From: Patescibacteria group bacterium
GTDB lineage: Bacteria > Patescibacteriota > Microgenomatia > UBA8517
Direction: 5' to 3'
DNA: 64,000 bases
Assembly: GCA_035291665.1 (NCBI GenBank)
Contig: DATDRP010000003.1
Location: forward strand, 20,549-84,548
In this document: in pieces, positions 17,976-28,590 of the stretch
How the letters are laid out: each line of letters starts with the position of its first letter
How positions within the stretch are numbered: the first letter of the stretch is position 1
Notes under the pieces: generated by a model
What the model was told of the DNA's origin: nothing
Seen by the model: only the letters and a program-made list of their open reading frames with translations
Databases searched by the model: none
Made by a program: the position numbers and the translations under genes

Positions 17976-18682
17976 TTCACGCCTAAAACTATTCTTGCAT
18001 CGATATTCTCCAAGTCATCCGTTTCATAATCGTTTATTTTTAATAATTTTTTCGTATCACTTATGACAACATCCAGTTGATCTTCTTTATCTTTCGATAT
18101 AACCAATAAGTTCTCATCATTTCTTGTTGTATTCCCCGTTTCCACGTTCGTATATCCCAACTCTTCGAAATCGCTTGCAATGCTGCCGGCCAAACCGGAG
18201 GTCCCTGATCCGTTCAGAATTTCCAGACGAACTTCAGATCTTTCCAGATCTGTGTTTGCGGGTGACTGGTCAACGGTTGAATCGGATTCAGCAACAATTT
18301 CAACTGCTTTCGTTTCGATTGTATCTGCCTGCTCACCCATATCAACATCAACTTTACTACCTTCTTCAGACGGATTTATCTTTGTTCGTGAGAATAATGC
18401 TAACGATGTTGCCGAAATAATAATAATCATACTAATTAAAGAAAGAATAAATATTTTTTTATTACTTTTTTCCAAAGGAATTTCTTCCTCTACGTCCGAA
18501 TATCTCATTTCATCAGCAGTTGAGACAAAACCCGGTAATTCCTGATTTTGCGGTGAAGGTTTATCTGATGCGAGATGCCTGGACGCGGATTTTGTTACAC
18601 CGGACTCATTTTCTTCCTTGACGGTCATCGATTCGGGAACATATGAACCGGATTTTGTTTTAATAAATTTCTTCTTGGCCAT
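17969..18682 (-). CDS. Membrane protein with LytR C-terminal domain
   Basis: One TM; VRLEILNGSGTSGLA...LGY..VETGN...DARIVLG LytR_C motif; ATG start at 18682 preferred. Confidence 0.85.
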   Translation of the reverse strand: MAKKKFIKTKSGSYVPESMTVKEENESGVTKSASRHLASDKPSPQNQELPGFVSTADEMRYSDVEEEIPLEKSNKKIFILSLISMIIIISATSLALFSRTKINPSEEGSKVDVDMGEQADTIETKAVEIVAESDSTVDQSPANTDLERSEVRLEILNGSGTSGLAGSIASDFEELGYTNVETGNTTRNDENLLVISKDKEDQLDVVISDTKKLLKINDYETDDLENIDARIVLGVNH

Positions 18683-18827
18683 AAAACTTGCTTCAAAACT
18701 CACCTTCCAGGCTCGTTTTGATGCCTTTCGGCAAGATTATATGAAGTATTTTGAAATCACTTCATAGTCACACAACCACTCTTGTATTACCCATTATGAC
18801 AAATGTAATATGTATGTACAAACCCAA

Positions 18828-18945
18828 TCTCAGTTATCAGTTTTCGGTAGTTTGTTGTCGGATGTCAGTAAGTCAGTTAAATTGTAAATAGAATACCGAC
18901 AAATTGTATTTTGAAAACAAAAAAACCGATACCCGAAAACCGAAC
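18828..18945. repeat. Inverted degenerate heptamer arms (tcagtt/tcggt versus accga)
   Basis: tcagttatcagttttcggtag...tcagtaagtcagtt faces accgac...accgatacccgaaaaccgaa. Confidence 0.65.
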
Positions 18946-18947
18946 AT

Positions 18948-20579
18948 ATGCTGCAAATTCAATTTTTACTTATTAACGCTCACTTTACGATAAACCTTTT
19001 GGTCGCATTGGTTTGCTTTGCTGTCGCATGGCTTTATTTTGACGCTTGGCTCGGCCGTAAGGATATCAGGGAAGGAACAAAAATGCTCGGATTTTTATTT
19101 CTATCTCTGTCATTCATAGTACACTCAACCTATATTGAACAGACTCTCCTGGAAACTTCTCTAATCGGCGTAAAAACCATAGAAATCTTAACCGTAGTTT
19201 TCAGAACATTGGGTTATCTGGTTCTTATAAGCGGTCAAATAATCGATCCTTTGCAGCCGCTTCCGACTTATCGGTCGCAAAGCAAGGAGAAAGGATTCGG
19301 TATAAAAAATCCAAAAGCCCACGCACTTTTGATACTGGGTTCAATCCCCTTACTCGACAGTGTCAATTTTCTTTTTCCTGTGTTGGCAATCATTACGGCG
19401 TTTTTGTATATCAGGCGGGCTACCTTGGGTCTTGAATTTCACCTTCGCACCATCGGTTACAGCTTAACAATACTTTCCATAAGTGAGCTTTTTCATCTGG
19501 CAAGCCTTTTCAGAAGTACGGATAACATTAATATCATTAAATTGGTGGGACCTTTCGGGCCACTCTGGATAATAGAACATGCCCTCTTAATATTTTTTAT
19601 GGTTATTTTAGGGCGCTGGGTGTGGAGTTATTTGGCAAAAAGACTCGAAACGCAAATGTTTATGATATTCACTTCCGTTACTCTTGTAGTTTTTTTAACT
19701 ACCGCGGTATTTTTTACATCCGTCTCGATAAAAAACTTTCGCGATGACATTTTGTCCAATCTGAAAATAAATGTTAAAGTCCTGCAATATACACTGGAAA
19801 GTAAAAAGGCGGAAACGCTTTCCGATTCTCAAGTCATAGCCCAAAATCGGGAAATCATATCGGCTGTATCAGAAAAGGACAGAAAAAAACTGGCTGACTT
19901 GACCATTGAAATGCTTTTGACAAAAAAACAGGATTATTTGGTTGTTACTGATGAAAATGGTGCGATCCTTATTCGGGCTGACGATCCTGAAAAGGCCGGA
20001 GGGTCTTTATCCGACGATCCTTTGGTAAAACGCGCTTTAACCGGCGAACCGACAGCGGGTTTGATTACAAAAGAAGGCGTACTGGCACCAACCGTATCCG
20101 TGCGGGCTTCGTCCCCGGTTAAAAACGGTACTGATACAATCGGAACTGTTACTATCGGAACAACCGTTGATAACGCATACGTAGACGGTTTGAAAGACGC
20201 TACAGGGCTTGATGCAAGCATTTATGCTGATAATGTAAGGTCAGCAACAACATTCATTGCATCTGACGGCAAAAGCCGCTGGGTTGGTATTAAAGAAGAG
20301 ACTGAAGAAGTCAAAAAAACCGTGCTTGGAGACGGAAATGATTATCAGGGGTCAGTAAATATTCTTAATATCCCATATCTTGTTTCTTTCTCTGCAATAA
20401 AAAGTGTCGACCAGAATTCCATTGGGATGCTTTTCGTCGGTCGTCCTGAGGTTTCTACACTTGAAGCGGCAGCTAAGCTAATTGAACAGACATTCTTAGT
20501 GACTGTAATACTTCTTATTGTCTCCACAATCCCCGCTTATTTTATTTCAAAATATATAATTGACCAAATCAAGACTTAA
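18948..20579 (+). CDS. Polytopic membrane sensor with Cache-type extracellular domain and no cytoplasmic output domain
   Basis: About 7-8 TMs; DYLVVTDENG...PLVKRALTG...LDASIY...VRSATT...PYL...IGMLFVG Cache motifs; ends just after last TM. Confidence 0.75.
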   Translation: MLQIQFLLINAHFTINLLVALVCFAVAWLYFDAWLGRKDIREGTKMLGFLFLSLSFIVHSTYIEQTLLETSLIGVKTIEILTVVFRTLGYLVLISGQIIDPLQPLPTYRSQSKEKGFGIKNPKAHALLILGSIPLLDSVNFLFPVLAIITAFLYIRRATLGLEFHLRTIGYSLTILSISELFHLASLFRSTDNINIIKLVGPFGPLWIIEHALLIFFMVILGRWVWSYLAKRLETQMFMIFTSVTLVVFLTTAVFFTSVSIKNFRDDILSNLKINVKVLQYTLESKKAETLSDSQVIAQNREIISAVSEKDRKKLADLTIEMLLTKKQDYLVVTDENGAILIRADDPEKAGGSLSDDPLVKRALTGEPTAGLITKEGVLAPTVSVRASSPVKNGTDTIGTVTIGTTVDNAYVDGLKDATGLDASIYADNVRSATTFIASDGKSRWVGIKEETEEVKKTVLGDGNDYQGSVNILNIPYLVSFSAIKSVDQNSIGMLFVGRPEVSTLEAAAKLIEQTFLVTVILLIVSTIPAYFISKYIIDQIKT

Positions 20580-20601
20580 ACCACGAATTGGCTACAAATT
20601 T

Positions 20602-20714
20602 TTATAACAGATTTCAAGAAAACCACCGAGTCGGACTCGGTGGATGAATTGAATTCTGATATGTCATCCTCCGTTAAAGGAAACCCCCGAGTCGGACTCG
20701 GGGGAGGATGTCAT
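20602..20714 (+). mobile_element. Non-autonomous IS200/IS605-end-like miniature element (PATE-like), copy 1
   Basis: Hairpins ccaccgagtcggactcggtgg and cccccgagtcggactcggggg ending gaggatgtca; homologous to 58482-58611. Confidence 0.75.
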
Positions 20715-20791
20715 GATATTAAACTACAAATGCAGATATCGACTAAAGTGGATATTCATTAAGAGCTTGTACTATAATCATTTGTATACAT

Positions 20792-21199
20792 ATGCCTAAA
20801 GTACTTCTAATTGAAGATGATCCATTGGTTGTAAGGATGTATCAGAAGATACTCACTTTTGAGGGTTTCCAAGTAGAAAGCGCGCCCGATGGAAGAGAGG
20901 GTGTCATGAAAGCAAAAGAAGTGAAACCCGATCTTATTTTTTGCGATGTGATGATGCCCAAAATGAACGGCATTGAAGTCTTGGAGCTACTCAAATCAGA
21001 TGCCGAGACAAAAGAAATTCCAGTTATAATGCTTACCAATTTATCCGGAACTCACGATGCAGAATTGGCGCTTCAGAAAGGTGCGTTTGCCTATATGGTA
21101 AAAAGCGAATACCGTCCGAAAGAAGTTGCGGCCAAAGCAAAAGAACTTATTGCGGGTTTAAAACTTACTCCGAGTGCACCCCAGGTATCGGGAGAATAA
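20792..21199 (+). CDS. Single-domain response regulator (CheY-like receiver)
   Basis: LLIEDD...DVMMPKMNG...MLTN...K. Confidence 0.95.
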   Translation: MPKVLLIEDDPLVVRMYQKILTFEGFQVESAPDGREGVMKAKEVKPDLIFCDVMMPKMNGIEVLELLKSDAETKEIPVIMLTNLSGTHDAELALQKGAFAYMVKSEYRPKEVAAKAKELIAGLKLTPSAPQVSGE

Positions 21200-21219
21200 A
21201 ACACTGTAACCAAGCAACC

Positions 21220-21420
21220 GAATTTCCAATTACGTAATTGATCTAATTACTAAATAATTACCAATAACCAAGCATCAAATTACAAATAATAATTAATTTA
21301 CAAATATTAATCAGGTATTAATTGTTAATTTTCTCAATACAGATAGTTTTTTTATTGAAATTTAGTGATTGTAAATTTGTTTGGAAATTGGAATTTGGTA
21401 ATTGGATATTTAGGTATTAG
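21220..21420. repeat. Gene-less inverted heptamer cassette (ccaa / ttgg family)
   Basis: aataaccaagcatcaaattacaaata and tttggaaattggaatttggtaattggatat match the 14197-14282 region. Confidence 0.75.
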
Positions 21421-21533
21421 GTTGTAGGAAATGGGAAATGAGTAGTGACTAGTGGGAAGTGGGAAATGGAGATAAGCAAGTAGGTTGTAGGAAATTAGTA
21501 GCAATTCGTAGCTAATTGGAAGTATTTCGTGAA

Positions 21534-21565
21534 CTTAATATCTTAATATCGAAGCACATAATATC
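21534..21565 (+). repeat. 32-bp dispersed TAATATC element, copy 2
   Basis: cttaatatcttaatatcgaagcacataatatc. Confidence 0.85.
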
Positions 21566-21583
21566 TAACTGATTCGTGTTTAA

Positions 21584-21991
21584 CTAATTCTTCGTCGCTG
21601 CTTTGGGTATTTCCTCGCGCGTATAACCGGCAAGTATTTCTTTGATTTGGGCTACGATTTCCTTCGGTTTGTTTTGTGATTTCACAATATATTTAACAGC
21701 TCCCAAATCAAGTGCTGTGTCAACATCTTTATCCCCCGAGAGGTTGGTAAGAACAACTACAGGTATATTTTTGAGGTCGGGGTTGTTTTTGATTATTCGA
21801 AGGACATCAATACCGCTCATTTTTGGCATCATGATATCAAGAAGTATCATTATTGGTTTGAAACTCTTCAACTTTTCAATTCCTTCTTCACCGTTTCTGG
21901 CCATCTCAACATCAAACCCTTCAAACTGGAAAACAGTCTGATACATTCGGGATACAAGGGGGTCGTCTTCAACAATTAAAACTTTAGACAT
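21584..21991 (-). CDS. Single-domain response regulator
   Basis: VLIVEDD...LLDIMMPKMSG...VLTN. Confidence 0.95.
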   Translation of the reverse strand: MSKVLIVEDDPLVSRMYQTVFQFEGFDVEMARNGEEGIEKLKSFKPIMILLDIMMPKMSGIDVLRIIKNNPDLKNIPVVVLTNLSGDKDVDTALDLGAVKYIVKSQNKPKEIVAQIKEILAGYTREEIPKAATKN

Positions 21992-22100
21992 GGTTCACTA
22001 ATTTTATACTAATTTTCACTAATTATATTCCATAAAAAACTCGTGATCAATCAATTCGCGTTTTTAATTCGCAATCAATTCGCGATTTAATAATTCGTAG

Positions 22101-24251
22101 CTAATTCGCAGCTCTAGCCAGAGGCAGACTCACCTTAAAAACCGATCCTTTGCCTTCAACCGACTCAAAACCAATTTCCCCTTTCATCTTCTCCACCAAC
22201 ATTTTTGTTATAAAAAGTCCCAAACCGGTTCCTTCAACATCTTCCGTACCTTCGGTTTTTGCCCGAAAGAATTTGCTAAAAACTTTTTTGTGGTCTTTTA
22301 GCGGTATTCCGTATCCCGTATCGGAAATTTCCAAAATAACGTGTTTCCCGGAAACGGCACTCTTTACAACAACCCTTCCTGCTGGTTTATTATATTTAAT
22401 CGCGTTAGAGAGAAGATTTTCCAAAACATCCCTGAGCTTTTGCTCATCTGCTTCGACAATAGCGGATGCAATTTCATAATCCTCATCCAAGATCACTCTT
22501 TTTTCCTGGGCAATTGAGGCAACCTGTGAGACCACGCTTTTTACTGTTGCCATAAAATCCACCTTTGTAAGTTCAAGTTCTATTGTGCCTGATTCAGTTC
22601 TTGCTATTTCCAAAAGATCATCCACAAGATGGTTTAACCTCTGATTGGCTTTCTCGATGGCATCAAAATTCTCCAATGTATCTTTGTCCATCTTTATTTT
22701 CTCGTCTTTTATAAGACTGACAAAACCATTAATTACCGTAACCGGTGTCCGCAGTTCGTGAGTTGCGATAAAGACAAACTCGTCTCTGAGTCGTATAACT
22801 TCCTGTGCTTTTTCGAGTTCGCGCTTTTGCATTTTGCGTAATTCCAGAGTTCGTTCTTCAACTTTTTGCTCAAGTGTGTGGGAAAACTCCTGTATCTTTT
22901 TAAAAGCTTGAGCGTTGGAAAGAGCGACTGCCAACTCAGTTGAAAGAATTTCCAATACTCCCAAATCCTTATCAAAATAAATATCACCGGATTCTTTTTC
23001 TCCCAGAAGTAAATATCCGACAGTTCTTTCGTGAGTAGAGAGTGGCACAAATACCGACACAACGTACTTTCGCATAATTTTTTTAAGTCTCCCTTCCTCC
23101 ATTTCTTCGAAAATTTGCGACCTGCCGCTGGCTGCAAGGTCTTTAAGCTCCGGAAAAGTCGGAAATGAATAATTTGTACTTCTATCACCAAAGACGTCTT
23201 CGATCTTTCGTGCTCCCAGAACGAATATAGCAGCTTTTGAAAAACGCAAGTTTTCCTTGAGAACTGAAAACATGCTTGCGGTCAGATCCTCAAGATCCAA
23301 AGTTGAAGCTAATATCCGGGAAATTTTTTTTAACAACTCATTGGAATGAAAATGTCCTTTGTAAAAAATATTATCTGTTAGGTCTTCGAAAAGCCTCAAA
23401 AGCGGTTGGAAAGAGTATGCGATTATTAAAGCTAATATTGTTGAAGATACAATATTGGAAGTTGACGTTCTTACATTCGTAATATAAGAAGTAATCAGAA
23501 AAAATCCTCCAGCGTAAAGTAAACCCAATGTAATTGCGAGCAATATATATGTTATAGACCGGGCAACTACCAAGCGAATATCCATAAGTCTATGTTTTAG
23601 TATTGCGTACGTAATAATCAAAGCCATTGCGACATTAACAAAAGGTCCGATATAAATAAGTCTGTAATTACCCAATTGAGGCAGGATTACATTCGGTACA
23701 ATGCCAATAACCATAGGGAGCATGCTTGCAAGTAATACATATCTAATTTGGGATCGAATATTACCTTTTAATCTCATCATACCTCTAATAAGAATTACCA
23801 AAGCTGTGTTATAAATAATCCCCAGGTAAATAGCCCAAATAATATAAACCGGACCTAGAATTACAGAATTACCTTGGTCGTCAAGAATAATCCGTTCAAT
23901 CCAGAGATTGGTATTAAAAAGTGGTATAAAAAAAATAAAAGGGACTGTTACCAGCAATATTGTCCAAATTTTTTCAGGAAATTTGCCGTTAACCAAGGTA
24001 TAGGAGAAATAAAAAATCGCAGAAGGAACTATGCTTCCGGAAACATAAATCATCCTACTCCAAAATAAAGCAGGCTCTTGAGTCTTAGATAATCTGAAAA
24101 ATGCAATTGCAAATGCCCAAACAATAACATTTAGGATAAAAACCGAAAATGATAGATTTAATGGATTTTTGGGATTCTTAACAAGAACTACTAAAAAAAC
24201 TGGTATTGATAAAATTCCAGACAATATGAGCGCCAAATCTATGATATTCAT
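22101..24251 (-). CDS. Sensor histidine kinase (7TM-type N-terminus, GAF, HisKA, HATPase)
   Basis: ATHELRTP H-box, NLLSNAIKY, DTGYGI, GTGLGL. Confidence 0.95.
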   Translation of the reverse strand: MNIIDLALILSGILSIPVFLVVLVKNPKNPLNLSFSVFILNVIVWAFAIAFFRLSKTQEPALFWSRMIYVSGSIVPSAIFYFSYTLVNGKFPEKIWTILLVTVPFIFFIPLFNTNLWIERIILDDQGNSVILGPVYIIWAIYLGIIYNTALVILIRGMMRLKGNIRSQIRYVLLASMLPMVIGIVPNVILPQLGNYRLIYIGPFVNVAMALIITYAILKHRLMDIRLVVARSITYILLAITLGLLYAGGFFLITSYITNVRTSTSNIVSSTILALIIAYSFQPLLRLFEDLTDNIFYKGHFHSNELLKKISRILASTLDLEDLTASMFSVLKENLRFSKAAIFVLGARKIEDVFGDRSTNYSFPTFPELKDLAASGRSQIFEEMEEGRLKKIMRKYVVSVFVPLSTHERTVGYLLLGEKESGDIYFDKDLGVLEILSTELAVALSNAQAFKKIQEFSHTLEQKVEERTLELRKMQKRELEKAQEVIRLRDEFVFIATHELRTPVTVINGFVSLIKDEKIKMDKDTLENFDAIEKANQRLNHLVDDLLEIARTESGTIELELTKVDFMATVKSVVSQVASIAQEKRVILDEDYEIASAIVEADEQKLRDVLENLLSNAIKYNKPAGRVVVKSAVSGKHVILEISDTGYGIPLKDHKKVFSKFFRAKTEGTEDVEGTGLGLFITKMLVEKMKGEIGFESVEGKGSVFKVSLPLARAAN

Positions 24252-24260
24252 CTGAAGTAA

Positions 24261-25187
24261 CTATTTGGGAACAATTAAAAATCCGGCTGTTCTACCGGTG
24301 CCCTTGCCAAAAACTATCTTTTCCTGGACATTCCCTACTTGGCTAAGATAATAATTCATTTCCTCGGGAGTTCTCAACGGGGCGTATTTCTTCAAAATTG
24401 CAGAAAAGCTACGCATAAAATCTCTGCCCTCCGAATTCGTTTGCGCCATGGCTATTACTCCAGCTAGTCTTTCCTGTTCCTCCCGCGGTTTTTTCTTTCC
24501 TATTTCAAGCATCTCATCGAGCATCTCATCAGGGTCAAAATGTTTAGGATCCAAGCTTGTTACAAAAAACTTGTCGCCACCAATTCTGAAAAAGTTATCC
24601 ACTACTCCTACCATTGTATCTGCAGGAAAATAAGATGCAGAAAAAACCGATACTCCTAACCATTTCCCGGAATCTTTTACAGGAAGGTGATCTGGCATAC
24701 CTCTCGAATAATCATGCAATAAAAACTGAGCCTCTGAAAGCCTTTTTGAAGCAACCATGGAATCGAGTTTAGGTTGACTGGCATCTCTTGCGAGTTGCGA
24801 TGAATCTATTGCCAGGTAAGATACCGCGCCATTGGTTCTTTCGGCAATATGTGTGGCAAGCGGACAAAGTCCGGCTCCAAAATCAAATACCCTGTCACCC
24901 GGCATTGGAGAAATAGCTCTGACCACATCACGTCGAAATTCGGTTAAATTCTCAACTAAAGGTTCATAAATTTTCATTCGTCCTGGTATATGTTTTTGCC
25001 AAATACCAGCCATTTCTTGTCCATAAGACTTCATGAAAGATATTTTTGTATCAGTAGGCAGTAGATGAACAATTGTCATCATTTCGCCTGGAGTAAGGTC
25101 TTCACCAACTTTGTAGCGATTGTGGATCATTTGTACTGATCGAGGATCTATTAATGTTGGTTTATTAATGCCAGTTTCGGGCGTCAT
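24261..25187 (-). CDS. Class I SAM-dependent methyltransferase-like protein
   Basis: RVFDFGAG motif I followed by YLAIDSS. Confidence 0.55.
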   Translation of the reverse strand: MTPETGINKPTLIDPRSVQMIHNRYKVGEDLTPGEMMTIVHLLPTDTKISFMKSYGQEMAGIWQKHIPGRMKIYEPLVENLTEFRRDVVRAISPMPGDRVFDFGAGLCPLATHIAERTNGAVSYLAIDSSQLARDASQPKLDSMVASKRLSEAQFLLHDYSRGMPDHLPVKDSGKWLGVSVFSASYFPADTMVGVVDNFFRIGGDKFFVTSLDPKHFDPDEMLDEMLEIGKKKPREEQERLAGVIAMAQTNSEGRDFMRSFSAILKKYAPLRTPEEMNYYLSQVGNVQEKIVFGKGTGRTAGFLIVPK

Positions 25188-25236
25188 ATTATTTACTATA
25201 TATGCTTATATTGATCATTGCATCATCTGATATTAT

Positions 25237-25614
25237 TTAAGTTTTTTTACTATTCAGTAGTTCCTCAATTTTCCGTCCTAATTCTTTTGGTTCGGCATCC
25301 TTTTTCACCCAATAATCAACGGCTCCTTTTTCCTTTGCCAACTCTGAATCATATTTACCTGATAAATTGGTAAGTATTACAACGGGAATATTTTTTGTAT
25401 CCGGATCTTCCTTAAGCTTCTCCAATACCTCCATCCCGTCGGGTTCGGGCATCATGATATCAAGAAGGATGAGATCGGGAAGTATTTTTTTAGCTTTATT
25501 CAAACCTTCAAGTCCGCCAATTGCTACTTCAGAATCAATATCACTGAAAGAGAGGGATTTCTGATACATCCTCGCAACCAGCGGTTCGTCTTCAACAATT
25601 AAAACCTTTGTCAT
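25237..25614 (-). CDS. Single-domain response regulator
   Basis: VLIVEDE...LLDIMMPEPDG. Confidence 0.95.
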   Translation of the reverse strand: MTKVLIVEDEPLVARMYQKSLSFSDIDSEVAIGGLEGLNKAKKILPDLILLDIMMPEPDGMEVLEKLKEDPDTKNIPVVILTNLSGKYDSELAKEKGAVDYWVKKDAEPKELGRKIEELLNSKKT

Positions 25615-25840
25615 AGATATAAATAACTTTTAATTGAACAATTAATAAGGACCTTCATAAATTTTCCTCCCTATTAATTTTAGGAAAATTTCCAAAGAAC
25701 CTTGCATTTTTGCTTTGCAAAAGTGTTAATACTTTCGTCATGTTTCAGAATAACTATTAATTGTGACATTATTAAAGTCACATTAGGACGCTTCAATTAC
25801 TTTAATTTAAAATTAGCTTAAAGTTCAATAGGATGTTTTT

Positions 25841-26218
25841 TTACAGCGACGAAGGTTGGAGAATTTTATTTATCTTTTTACCCATCTCTTTCGGTTTAAT
25901 ATCTTTTTTAACCCAATAATCAATAGCGCCTTTTTCCTTTGCAAGATCCATATCATTTTCCCCGGACAAATTGGTAAGCATGACAATCGGGATATTTTGT
26001 ATTTCAGGATCTGTCTTAATTTTTTCGAGTGCTTCGATCCCATTCATTCCCGGCATCATAATATCCATCAAAACAATATCAGGCTTCCAATCACGCGTTT
26101 TGGCAACTCCATTTTCACCACCCATCGCAAGTTCTACTTCAAAGTTATCGAACGCCAATGCTTTCTCGTACATTCTTGCCACCAGCGGCTCATCTTCAAC
26201 TATTAAAACCCTTGTCAT
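25841..26218 (-). CDS. Single-domain response regulator
   Basis: VLIVEDE...MDIMMPGMNG. Confidence 0.95.
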   Translation of the reverse strand: MTRVLIVEDEPLVARMYEKALAFDNFEVELAMGGENGVAKTRDWKPDIVLMDIMMPGMNGIEALEKIKTDPEIQNIPIVMLTNLSGENDMDLAKEKGAIDYWVKKDIKPKEMGKKINKILQPSSL

Positions 26219-26354
26219 ATTGCTACAAATATACTACGTATTCAAAACTAATTAATCTACAAATTATTATAGTACATGTGTTTGAAAGATATCCACTCAA
26301 ATTATTCTTGTATTCGAAGCTTAATTTGAATAAAATTCGTAGCTAATTTGTAGC

Positions 26355-28136
26355 CTAACCTTTTGGTAAAACCAGTTCAAATTCCGAACCTTTATCGACT
26401 TTTGATTTAACAAGATAAACTTTCCCATTCATGGCATCCGCTAACATCCTCGATATATAAAGTCCAAGCCCAACTCCTTGGGTTGAATCGTGTTTATAAA
26501 AATCCTCCCCCACCTGTTGAAATTTCTTAAACAGCATTTTTTGATCTTTTTCACTCATACCTCTCCCCGTATCGGAAACATTAATTTTTACACTATCTTT
26601 TTCTTCCAGCACTTTAATCGTGATTCTACCATTGTCAGTGAATTTATTTGAATTACTGACAAGATTATAAATAACTTGATTTACTTTTGTCCGGTCTGCA
26701 TAAACCTTAATATCTTTATCCTCATGGTATTCAATTAAATTTCCTTTCTTTGTTGCCGGTGATGCGAGCTCTCCCAAGACGGCGTTTACTTCATCAGAGA
26801 CCGAAAAGCGTTCGGTTTTAAACTGCACTCTATTATGCTCAAGTGACGATACTTCCAGAAGTTCATCAACAATTGCAATAAGCCTCGCGGCTGAGGTGTC
26901 AATGTCCTGCACCATTTCAGCAAGGTCTTTCTCGGTAACTTTCGCCGGATATAAATTTTTAATAAGATCAACATTTCCTTTTATGGCTACCAGTGGAGTG
27001 CGAAGTTCGTGGGATGCCAGGGCAATAAATTCGTCTTTGCTTCTTTCCAATAGCCTTTCGTCGGTGACATCCTCAAGAAGGATTACTGTTCCGATTGTGT
27101 CAGTTCCCCGTTCGACATTCGCCGCAATTAAACTGAAGATGCGGTTGATATATGTCACATCTTTGGTATAAACCAATTCTTCACTCTTATCTAAACTTTT
27201 TTGAACTTTCTCGACATCGAAATTCTTCGTCAGAATCTGCTTTATGGTCGATAAGTTCTCGGTAGAAAATAATTTTTTAACTTTATTATTTATCCTGCTA
27301 ATGGCTCCGTCTTTGTCCAATAAGATATAACCAACCGGCATACTATCAATAGATGTGACAAGTGTCGCTTCTATTGACTTTCCATAGTCCTCAGCTAAAA
27401 CAAAGGCATTGTGGGTTGACAACAAAAGTCCGGTAAGCGCAAGTATATAGCTTACGAGTCTGATAAGAACTGACATATAAAACATTAAATCACCCGGATT
27501 TGCAGACGCAAGGTAAAAAGGTATTTGGGAAAGAAGTAGAGCAATAAGCGCGGTTATAAAAACCTGGTCAAAAAATTTCTTCTTCCAAGTTCCTTTTGTA
27601 AGATAACCAAATATTGTAACCAGAAGAAGTGCACTCGAAACGGCTATCGCTATCAGTGCGGGAATCTTTACAAATAAAAATGAAATTGTGAGAAAAATAG
27701 AAAAAAACATTGAAAGCAAAAATATCTGATTTTTCAATTTACCCTTGTGTCCGACATTTCGAATTGATTCATTAGTCCAAACAAGATAACTCAGAAAAAA
27801 TATAAGGGATAATAAAAGTGTTGCGGGGTCTGATACTTTCCCCGAAAGAAGAAGTGTTGGCTTAACCAAGTAGAAATAAAAATCCAAAACCGAAGCACCT
27901 AAAAAACCAAAACCGATGAATGCATACTTTGATTTGTTTCTTGTGTCAAATTTAATCAGAGATACTGCACATGCAACAATCGAAACAATTACAATAAAAG
28001 AGCCTATTATCGGGAAAAATGATACTCCCAGAGTGCCTTTGATACCTCGGGTCAAAAGATACAGCGAAACAAAATAAAAAATTGTAATTAGGTGAAAAAC
28101 CAGTCTGTTGAGGTGTTTTTGGGCAAGGTCTTTCAT
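26355..28136 (-). CDS. Sensor histidine kinase (MASE-like TM domain, PAS, HisKA, HATPase)
   Basis: ASHELRTP, NLVSNSNKF, DTGRG, GVGLGL; multiple TMs. Confidence 0.93.
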   Translation of the reverse strand: MKDLAQKHLNRLVFHLITIFYFVSLYLLTRGIKGTLGVSFFPIIGSFIVIVSIVACAVSLIKFDTRNKSKYAFIGFGFLGASVLDFYFYLVKPTLLLSGKVSDPATLLLSLIFFLSYLVWTNESIRNVGHKGKLKNQIFLLSMFFSIFLTISFLFVKIPALIAIAVSSALLLVTIFGYLTKGTWKKKFFDQVFITALIALLLSQIPFYLASANPGDLMFYMSVLIRLVSYILALTGLLLSTHNAFVLAEDYGKSIEATLVTSIDSMPVGYILLDKDGAISRINNKVKKLFSTENLSTIKQILTKNFDVEKVQKSLDKSEELVYTKDVTYINRIFSLIAANVERGTDTIGTVILLEDVTDERLLERSKDEFIALASHELRTPLVAIKGNVDLIKNLYPAKVTEKDLAEMVQDIDTSAARLIAIVDELLEVSSLEHNRVQFKTERFSVSDEVNAVLGELASPATKKGNLIEYHEDKDIKVYADRTKVNQVIYNLVSNSNKFTDNGRITIKVLEEKDSVKINVSDTGRGMSEKDQKMLFKKFQQVGEDFYKHDSTQGVGLGLYISRMLADAMNGKVYLVKSKVDKGSEFELVLPKG

Positions 28137-28204
28137 TATTTATATGTAAGAAGATTCCCTGCGAAAGAGGAATCTTTGTCGAAAGTGTTCAAGAATCCTT
28201 CAAA

Positions 28205-28588
28205 TCAGCCGGATTTCGACGCCGAACCTAAATATTTTTCAACCAAATCGCCTAATTTTGCTATATCGGTTTTACTTTTAATAAGATAACCGGCGGCACC
28301 TTTTTCCATTGCAAGTTCCGCATCATTTTTCCCGGAAAGATTCGTAAGCATTACGATCGGAATTTTTGCCGTTTTGGGATTGCTTTTTAATTTATCCAAG
28401 ACTTCAATTCCGTCGGGTTCCGGCATCATAATATCAAGGAAAATAAAATCAGGATTTTCTGATTCTGCTTTTTCAAGTCCTTCTTTCCCGCCGATTGCCA
28501 GAACGGTATCATACTTTGCGAACCTGAGGGCTTTTTCATACATTCTTGCCACCAGCTCTTCATCTTCGACTAATAGTACTTTCACCAT
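28205..28588 (-). CDS. Single-domain response regulator
   Basis: VLLVEDE...FLDIMMPEPDG; ATG at 28588 lies 8 nt after TATAAT. Confidence 0.95.
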   Translation of the reverse strand: MVKVLLVEDEELVARMYEKALRFAKYDTVLAIGGKEGLEKAESENPDFIFLDIMMPEPDGIEVLDKLKSNPKTAKIPIVMLTNLSGKNDAELAMEKGAAGYLIKSKTDIAKLGDLVEKYLGSASKSG

Positions 28589-28590
28589 AA

